Shown in pieces: positions 57,673-64,000 of a stretch of 64,000 nt of DNA; position 1 is the first letter of the stretch; each line of letters starts with the position of its first letter. The DNA lies in assembly GCA_964479535.1 (NCBI GenBank), contig CAYZMM010000017.1, positions 15,995 through 79,994 of the forward strand, written 5' to 3'. The notes under the pieces are model-generated. The model saw nothing but the letters and a program-made list of their open reading frames with translations. It had not been told where the DNA came from and did no database searches. This DNA is from an uncultured Thermodesulfobacteriota bacterium. GTDB lineage: Bacteria; Desulfobacterota; DSWW01. The position numbers were made by a program, and so were the translations under genes.

Positions 57673-59565
57673 ATGAACGAGAAATACGCAGATCTGCTCC
57701 AGAACAAGATGACCGAGAGAGGCCTGCAGCGGCTCGTCGCCCTCGAGAACCCGAAGCTGTTCGATTTCATAGGCGAATTCGTGGAGCTCTGTGACCCGGA
57801 CACGGTCTACATGTGCAACGACAGCGACGAGGACGCAGAGTACATCCGCGAGATGGCCCTGAAGCTGGGGGAGGAGAAGAAGCTGGCCAGGGAGGGCCAG
57901 ACCGTTCACTACGACGGCTACCGGGACCAGGGCCGGGACAAGGAACACACCAAGTTCATGGTGAAGAAAGAGAACCTGGCCCGGATGGGCAACCTGAACT
58001 GCATCGAGTACGAGGAGGGGCTCGCCGAGGTGAAGCGGATCGCCAGGGGAATCATGAAGGGGAAGCCGGCGATCGTGAAGCTTTACTGCGAGTGCCCGAC
58101 CATGAGCCCCTTCTCGATCGGCTGCGCCCAGCTGACCGACTCCTTCTACGTGGCCCACTCCGAAGACATCCTGTACCGGCGAGGCTACGAGCACTTCGCG
58201 CACATGGAGGACAAGGACGATTTCTTCTTCTTCGTTCACAGTGCCGGAGAGCTCGACGATCGGGGCTGCGTCGTGAATGTGAAGGATCGGCGGATCTACC
58301 AGGACATCGAGCACATGGACGTCTACTCGCTCAACAATCAGTACGCTGGCAACTCGGTGGGGCTGAAGAAGCTGGCCATGCGGCTGGCCATCAAGAAAGC
58401 CTCCTGGGAAGGGTGGCTCTGCGAGCACATGTTCATCATGGGTTGCCAGAACCGGAAGAAGAAAAGGACGACCTATTTCTGCGGGGCCTATCCGTCTGCG
58501 TGCGGGAAGACCGCAACCGCCATGCTGCCTGGGGAAACGCTGGTGGGGGACGACATCGCCTATTTCAGGAACCTGGGCGGCGAGTTCCGCGCCGCGAACG
58601 TGGAGCGGGGCATCTTCGGAATCATCAAGGACGTGAACGAAAAGGACGATCCGGTCATCTTCCACACGCTCATGCAGGAAAGGGAGATGATCTTCTCGAA
58701 CGTGCTGACCGGTCCGGACAATCTTCCCTACTGGCAGGGCATGGGGATCGAGACCCCCAAGGAAGGCACCAACCATTCGGGACCCGGGTGGTTCGAAGGG
58801 AAGAAGGATGGGAACGGCAAGGAGATTCCCCTTTCCCACGGGAACGCCCGTTACACGATCCGGATGGAATATCTCGACAACCTGGACCCGGCCTGGGACG
58901 ACAAGAAGGGCGTCCTCGTGGGCGGTGTCATCTACGGTGGACGGGACAGCGACACCTCCGTGCCCGTGGAGGAGTCCTTCGACTGGCAGAACGGCATCAT
59001 CATGAAGGCCTGCACCCTCGAATCGGAGACCACGGCGGCCACGCTCGGCAAGGAAGGCGTGCGCGTTCCCCAGCCCATGGCGAACCTCGACTTCGTCAGT
59101 TACCCCCTCGGCGAGTACACCCGGAACAACCTCGACTTCGTCAAAGGCATGAAGAGGGTTCCGCCCATCTTCGCCGTGAACTACTTCCTCAGGGACGAGA
59201 ACGGCGATTTCTGCACCCACAAGCTCGCGAAGAAGGTGTGGCTCCACTGGGCCGAGGAACGGGTGCACGGTGAGGTGGACGCCCTTCGCACGCCCACCGG
59301 CCTGATCCCGAAACACGAGGACCTGAAACGTTTGTTCAGGGAGATCTTCGACGAGGACTATCCGGAAGAGGACTACCGGTACCAGTTCGCCTTCCGCTGC
59401 AACGCGTGGCTGGCCAAGCTGGAACGTTCAACCGCCTACTACCGGACCGACGTGCCCGACTGTCCCAAGATCGTCTACGAAACCTGGGAAGCCGCCGCGG
59501 AAGAGATCAAGGCCGCAAAAGCCAAATACGGCCCCCTGATCCCGCCGGGAGAGTACAACGAGTAG
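57673..59565 (+). CDS. pckG: Phosphoenolpyruvate carboxykinase (GTP)
   Basis: FCGAYPSACGKTATAM kinase-1a P-loop and the GDDIAYF and YGGRDSD motifs. The upstream 55 codons of the tracked ORF are probably 5' UTR. Confidence 0.95.
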   Translation: MNEKYADLLQNKMTERGLQRLVALENPKLFDFIGEFVELCDPDTVYMCNDSDEDAEYIREMALKLGEEKKLAREGQTVHYDGYRDQGRDKEHTKFMVKKENLARMGNLNCIEYEEGLAEVKRIARGIMKGKPAIVKLYCECPTMSPFSIGCAQLTDSFYVAHSEDILYRRGYEHFAHMEDKDDFFFFVHSAGELDDRGCVVNVKDRRIYQDIEHMDVYSLNNQYAGNSVGLKKLAMRLAIKKASWEGWLCEHMFIMGCQNRKKKRTTYFCGAYPSACGKTATAMLPGETLVGDDIAYFRNLGGEFRAANVERGIFGIIKDVNEKDDPVIFHTLMQEREMIFSNVLTGPDNLPYWQGMGIETPKEGTNHSGPGWFEGKKDGNGKEIPLSHGNARYTIRMEYLDNLDPAWDDKKGVLVGGVIYGGRDSDTSVPVEESFDWQNGIIMKACTLESETTAATLGKEGVRVPQPMANLDFVSYPLGEYTRNNLDFVKGMKRVPPIFAVNYFLRDENGDFCTHKLAKKVWLHWAEERVHGEVDALRTPTGLIPKHEDLKRLFREIFDEDYPEEDYRYQFAFRCNAWLAKLERSTAYYRTDVPDCPKIVYETWEAAAEEIKAAKAKYGPLIPPGEYNE

Positions 59566-59659
59566 GCACAACCTGTCACCATCCTGATCTTCTGGGATCG
59601 ACAGGCCGTTGGAAAACGTCCACATGCGCAGCAGATGAACGTCTTCGGACGGCCTGTGG

Positions 59660-59833
59660 TCACTGCCCCCGGATCGCATCCTCCGGGCATATATCCGCAC
59701 AGTATCCGCACTCCGTACAGATCTCCGGGTCGATGACGACTTCGTCCCCGTTCCTGGAGATCGCCTGCAGAGGACACTCCTCGACACAGGTTCCGCAAAG
59801 GCTGCACCTTTCCGCATAGATTACGTACGCCAT
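59660..59833 (-). CDS. 2x[4Fe-4S] ferredoxin (57 aa)
   Basis: CSLCGTCVEECP and CTECGYCADICP. The start lies 1 nt after the deacetylase stop. Confidence 0.85.
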   Translation of the reverse strand: MAYVIYAERCSLCGTCVEECPLQAISRNGDEVVIDPEICTECGYCADICPEDAIRGQ

Positions 59834-59834
59834 T

Positions 59835-60599
59835 TCATTCGAACCCTTCGAGGAAAGCCAGGACGTGCTTCCCAAGTACCTGATGATTGTACCCGCCCTC
59901 GAGCAGGGCGTATCGTCTTCCTTCACAGTGCTCGATCGCATACTCCCGTGTCATCTCCCCCAGCTTCCTGTAGTCTCCCTCGCTGAGAAGATTGCCCCAG
60001 TCGCTCTTTCCCCGGTCGAAACCGGCCGAGACGGCGAGGATGTCGCGATCGCCGACCGACTTCAACTCTCTTTCCGCACGCTTCAGGAAGGCGTCGGCGT
60101 CGTTGTCCGAGGGGTGGATGTACGGGACGTCCGGGTCCCTGCAGAAGATGTTGTCCGTCCCGTCGCCGAAGTGAAGGTCGAAGTCCAGGATCGCAGCCGT
60201 CCTGGCCGCGCCCGAAGCGAACAGGGACTTCAGCGAGACGGCCAGGTTGTTGAAGAAGCAGAACCCCCAGCAATCGGAGGGGCTCGCGTGATGCCCGGGC
60301 GGGCGGATCAGACCGAAGCAGGGCTCCCCTGCAAAGGCGGTCCGAGCGGCCAGCAGGGCACCGCCCGCCGCCAGGGAAGCGAGCTCGTAGAGGTGACGGT
60401 CCCGCCGGATCGACTCGACATGGGCCCTGGAGTGCACGAGGAGCAGATCCGCTTCCGGCGCCGGTTGCGGCTCCAGAAAGGGGAAGCGCCCCTCCAGACG
60501 CTCACAGATCGCCTCGATTCGACCCGGCGCCGAAGCAGGGTCGCTCGCGTAGACCTCACAGTAACGAGGGCTGTAAACGACTTTCATCCTCTCCAACAT
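59835..60599 (-). CDS. Short histone deacetylase-family (Zn-dependent deacetylase/amidohydrolase) protein
   Basis: RPPGHHA, DFDLHFGDGT, SAGFD and EGGY catalytic/zinc motifs. Only 254 aa. Confidence 0.9.
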   Translation of the reverse strand: MLERMKVVYSPRYCEVYASDPASAPGRIEAICERLEGRFPFLEPQPAPEADLLLVHSRAHVESIRRDRHLYELASLAAGGALLAARTAFAGEPCFGLIRPPGHHASPSDCWGFCFFNNLAVSLKSLFASGAARTAAILDFDLHFGDGTDNIFCRDPDVPYIHPSDNDADAFLKRAERELKSVGDRDILAVSAGFDRGKSDWGNLLSEGDYRKLGEMTREYAIEHCEGRRYALLEGGYNHQVLGKHVLAFLEGFE

Positions 60600-60856
60600 T
60601 CTGGTGCTGAAAAGAGTTCGTACATGTCGTCCGAGCGTTTGCCATCTACGATATTAACAGATACATTATAGAGTTTGTAGGTTTTCGCCTCAACAGCAGG
60701 GCGTGACGGGCAAGTCACCGCGCCCGTGACACACTCTGTGCCATCATCTCCCTGCTCCCGGGGGGAATCGTCGCAGGAGGGGGGCCATCGGAGATTTGTG
60801 CGGGGCGAGTTTGTAGACAGGGAATGTCGCGGCACTTGCGCGCCGGGCGGCAGGCC

Positions 60857-61594
60857 ATGCGTTACGCCATCCTATCGGATATTCACGCGAACCTGGAGGC
60901 CCTCGAGGTCGTTCTCCGGGAGATCGATCGTGTCGGGGTCGACCGGGTCGTTTCGCTCGGAGACCTTGTCGGATACAACGCGAACCCGAACGAATGCGTC
61001 CGAATCCTCAACGAGAGGGGCGTGTATTCGCTGATGGGGAACCATGACGCTGCGGTCTGCGGAATGGAGGATCCGCTGGATTTCAACCCGGTCGCGCGGG
61101 CGGCGGTCCTCTGGACGAGGAAGACCCTCCAGCCTCCCCATCTGGAGTTCCTGGAGGCTCTTCCCGCGGAAGGAAGCTTGAACGTGCAGTTCCGGCTGGC
61201 CCACGGGTCCCTGCTCCACCGGGACCACTACCTGGCCTCCCCTTACGACATCATGGCGAATGTTCGCCGGATGCAGGAGGCCGAGCCCGGGGTCCACGTT
61301 CTGTTCTTTGGGCACACCCATAGGCAGATCGCCTATGCCTGCGACGGAGAAACCGTAGCCGTGGTATCGTCTCCCTCCTTCTCGATTCGGGAAGACAGGC
61401 TCTACCTGATCAACCCGGGCAGCGTGGGACAGCCGAGAGACAGGGACCCCAGAGCCGGCTTCCTCTTCTATGAAGGGGAAACCCGGACCGTCGAGTTCGT
61501 TCGTTTGCCTTACGACGTCCAAGCATGCAGCGAAAAAATCATGACCGCCGGCCTCCCGAGCGTGCTGGCGGATCGGCTTCACACAGGATGGTAG
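60857..61594 (+). CDS. Metallophosphoesterase family protein
   Basis: SDIHAN, GDLVGYN, GNHD and GHTH motifs. Confidence 0.85.
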   Translation: MRYAILSDIHANLEALEVVLREIDRVGVDRVVSLGDLVGYNANPNECVRILNERGVYSLMGNHDAAVCGMEDPLDFNPVARAAVLWTRKTLQPPHLEFLEALPAEGSLNVQFRLAHGSLLHRDHYLASPYDIMANVRRMQEAEPGVHVLFFGHTHRQIAYACDGETVAVVSSPSFSIREDRLYLINPGSVGQPRDRDPRAGFLFYEGETRTVEFVRLPYDVQACSEKIMTAGLPSVLADRLHTGW

Positions 61595-64000
61595 ATCCGT
61601 TCCAAGCCCTTGTTTCACGCCTGGAAAGCCCCGCACAGGGTCCTGACAGCACCCGGATTCATGGGGCCTGTCCCCCGGCGAAGTCCCTGGTGGCGTCATT
61701 CCTTGCAGCGCGGACGTCCCGGCCGATGCTCTGTGTCGCATCGGACTGGAAGGAGGCCGAGCGTTTTGCAGAGGAACTCGGCTTCTTCTCCTCTCTCTTT
61801 CGCGACGGCGACCCGGGGGGAGGGGACCGGCTCCGTATCCTGCTCTTCCCGCCGGGACTGCCGAGACCGGTCGGCGTAACCCGGCCTTCGGTCGCCTCCA
61901 TGCACGAAAGAATCGGCGTGCTCCTCGCCCTTCTGCAGACGGAGCCCTCCACCGTGATCGTCACCGCCATCGAGGCCCTGCGGGAACGGGTTCCGCCGAG
62001 GGAGGTGCTGAAGAAGAACGTGAAGACGATCCGGGAGGGACAACCCCTGGACCGTGACGGCCTGGCCGGTTTTCTTCATCAGGTCGGCTACCGAAGGGTG
62101 CCTGTCGTCGAGGACCCCGGCGAATATGCGGTCCGGGGCAGCCTCATCGACTTCTATCCCCTCATCGAACCCCTGCCCTTCCGCGTCGATTTCTTCGGGG
62201 ACGTGATCGAGGGCATCCGCACGTTCCACACGGAGAACCAGAGGACCGCGGGACACGCTCCCTCCGCTGTCATCCAGCCGGCGGGCCTGTTCATCTCCGG
62301 GGCGGTCCAAACGGATGGGATTCGGGAACGGATCAAGCATAGAGCGGATGCCCTGAATCTGCCGACCCGCAACCGGCTGGAGCTCCTGGAACGGATCGAA
62401 ACCGGGCTGCCGGTCTACGATCTGCCCCTCTACCTGCCCTTCTTCTACGACCGCCTGCGCAGCCTGTTCGACTACATGGGCGACGACGATCTTCTGGTTC
62501 TCATCGATCCCGAGCGGTTCCGAAAGGTGGAGGAGACGCTCGAAGAGGAATGCGTCGAATCGCTGGACAAGCTCACCGCCAAGGGCTTGATCCTCCCCTC
62601 CTGCGAGGATCTCTTCGTATCCGTCTCCCGTCTGTGGGAGCTCGAAGCCCGGAGGCCCCGGGTCGCCTTTTCCGACCTTCCGCTCACCCCCGGCGGCCTC
62701 GAAGAGGGGAAAAGGTCGGAAAACCCGCCGGGCCGGGGGCCGGACCCGATCCGGCTGAGTTCGCAGGGTCCGGCTTCCTATGCCGCGCCCGAGACGAAGG
62801 CCGGCCCCCCCAAGGGGCTCAGTGCCTATGCCGACCGGATTCGCAAATGGGTGGATCAACGGCAACGGGTCTTCCTCGTCTGCCGCAGCGAACCGGAAAA
62901 GGCAAGGATGTCTCGCCTCCTCATGGAATACGACCTGGACTTCGTGCAGCCGGACACCCGGCTTTCCTTCTGGAACGATGCCCCAGGCCTGTACCTGCTG
63001 ACGGGGGCCCTCTCCCAGGGTTTCACCCTGCCGGCCAACGGCATGGTCTTCTTGCACGAAGAGGACATCTTCGGCCGTAAGGTGCGAAAGCACAGACTTC
63101 GCGATGTGGAGCCTTCGGAGGGCATCGATCCTCACGAGCTGAAGCCGGACGAATACGTGGTGCACATCGATTTCGGGATCGGGCTCTACCGGGGCCTGGA
63201 GACGCTCGACATCCGGGGGCACGTGAACGACTACCTGCACCTGGAATATGCGAACGGGGACAAGCTCTACCTGCCCGTAGACCGGGCCAGCCGCATCCAG
63301 AAGTACGTGAGCACCGAAGACCTCCCCCCCGCCCTGGACAGGCTCGGCGGAGCATCCTGGGCCCGGACGAAACAGCGTGTAAAGGAATCGGTGCTCGCCA
63401 TGGCGGAAGAGCTGGTTTCCCTGTATGCGAAGCGGCTCGTTCAAAAAGGGCTGACCTTCTCCAAGACCGATTCCTCCTATCACGAATTCGAGGCCTCCTT
63501 TCCGTACGAGGAAACCCAGGACCAGGTGCGGGCCATTGAAGCGGTTCTCCGGGACATGGAGGGAGAGAGGCCCATGGACCGGCTCATATGCGGGGATGTG
63601 GGGTTCGGCAAGACCGAGGTAGCGATCCGGGCGGCCTACAAGGCGGTCATGGACGGCAAGCAGGCGGCCGTTCTGGTCCCCACCACCGTTCTGGCGCAAC
63701 AGCACTACACGAACTTCCGGAAGCGTTTCGAGGACTACCCGGTGGAGATCGAAATGCTCAGCCGCTTCCGCTCTCAGAAAGAGCAGAGAACGATCCTGGC
63801 CGGCATGATGGAAGGCAAGGTGGACATCGTGGTGGCAACCCATCGGCTTCTGCAGAAAGACGTGAAATTCAAGGACCTGGGCCTGCTGATCCTGGACGAG
63901 GAACACCGGTTCGGGGTCCGGCAGAAGGAAGCCCTGAAGAAGATCCGATCTGCGGTCGACGTACTGACCCTCTCTGCCACACCCATTCCACGCACTCTCC
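61588..64000 (+). CDS. mfd: Transcription-repair coupling factor, 3' end outside window
   Basis: Own translation of frame 1, which is open to nt 64000. GEYAVRGSLIDFYP...RVDFFGDVIEGIRTF, CGDVGFGKTEVAIRAA, LILDEEHRFGVRQKE and LTLSATPIPRTL. The ATG at 61588 overlaps the upstream stop (ATGGTAG). Confidence 0.9.
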   Translation, partial: MVDPFQALVSRLESPAQGPDSTRIHGACPPAKSLVASFLAARTSRPMLCVASDWKEAERFAEELGFFSSLFRDGDPGGGDRLRILLFPPGLPRPVGVTRPSVASMHERIGVLLALLQTEPSTVIVTAIEALRERVPPREVLKKNVKTIREGQPLDRDGLAGFLHQVGYRRVPVVEDPGEYAVRGSLIDFYPLIEPLPFRVDFFGDVIEGIRTFHTENQRTAGHAPSAVIQPAGLFISGAVQTDGIRERIKHRADALNLPTRNRLELLERIETGLPVYDLPLYLPFFYDRLRSLFDYMGDDDLLVLIDPERFRKVEETLEEECVESLDKLTAKGLILPSCEDLFVSVSRLWELEARRPRVAFSDLPLTPGGLEEGKRSENPPGRGPDPIRLSSQGPASYAAPETKAGPPKGLSAYADRIRKWVDQRQRVFLVCRSEPEKARMSRLLMEYDLDFVQPDTRLSFWNDAPGLYLLTGALSQGFTLPANGMVFLHEEDIFGRKVRKHRLRDVEPSEGIDPHELKPDEYVVHIDFGIGLYRGLETLDIRGHVNDYLHLEYANGDKLYLPVDRASRIQKYVSTEDLPPALDRLGGASWARTKQRVKESVLAMAEELVSLYAKRLVQKGLTFSKTDSSYHEFEASFPYEETQDQVRAIEAVLRDMEGERPMDRLICGDVGFGKTEVAIRAAYKAVMDGKQAAVLVPTTVLAQQHYTNFRKRFEDYPVEIEMLSRFRSQKEQRTILAGMMEGKVDIVVATHRLLQKDVKFKDLGLLILDEEHRFGVRQKEALKKIRSAVDVLTLSATPIPRTL

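Noticed and set aside
57352-59316. 654-aa minus-strand ORF
   Set aside because: It is the antisense shadow of GTP-PEPCK.
61696-63906. 736-aa minus-strand ORF
   Set aside because: It is antisense to mfd (frame 1, plus strand), which carries clear helicase and TRCF motifs.

Overview
High-GC (~60%) bacterial chromosomal window, densely coding on both strands. Many sigma-54 elements and the gene content suggest a Desulfobacterota/deltaproteobacterium-like organism, but that is inference only. I support about 60 CDS. They include a Pat-type acetyltransferase (5' cut by the window edge), an NtrC-family activator with its kinase, and an AcnX large + AcnX small + UbiD operon divergent from HMG-CoA synthase. 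There is also a colinear pntAA-pntAB-pntB-nqrABCDEF block, carB, ilvD, GTP-PEPCK and mfd. mfd runs off the 3' edge and is absent from the ORF track. No rRNA, tRNA or CRISPR array was seen. Main observations: (1) four consensus sigma-54 promoters each carry the same TTTACA-N3-TGTAAA palindrome ~115-127 bp upstream and surround the only enhancer-binding protein, defining a compact regulon of signalling genes. (2) Archaeal-type mevalonate-pathway enzymes (aconitase X, UbiD decarboxylase) sit next to a bacterial HMG-CoA synthase. (3) NqrA retains both RnfC-type 4Fe-4S motifs. (4) A 168-nt nested-hairpin, MITE-like element lies between convergent genes. (5) There are decayed genes (a USP with an internal deletion, an HNH endonuclease relic, a REC relic). 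(6) A membrane pseudokinase operon is present. All functional calls rest on motifs read by eye; no database search was run.
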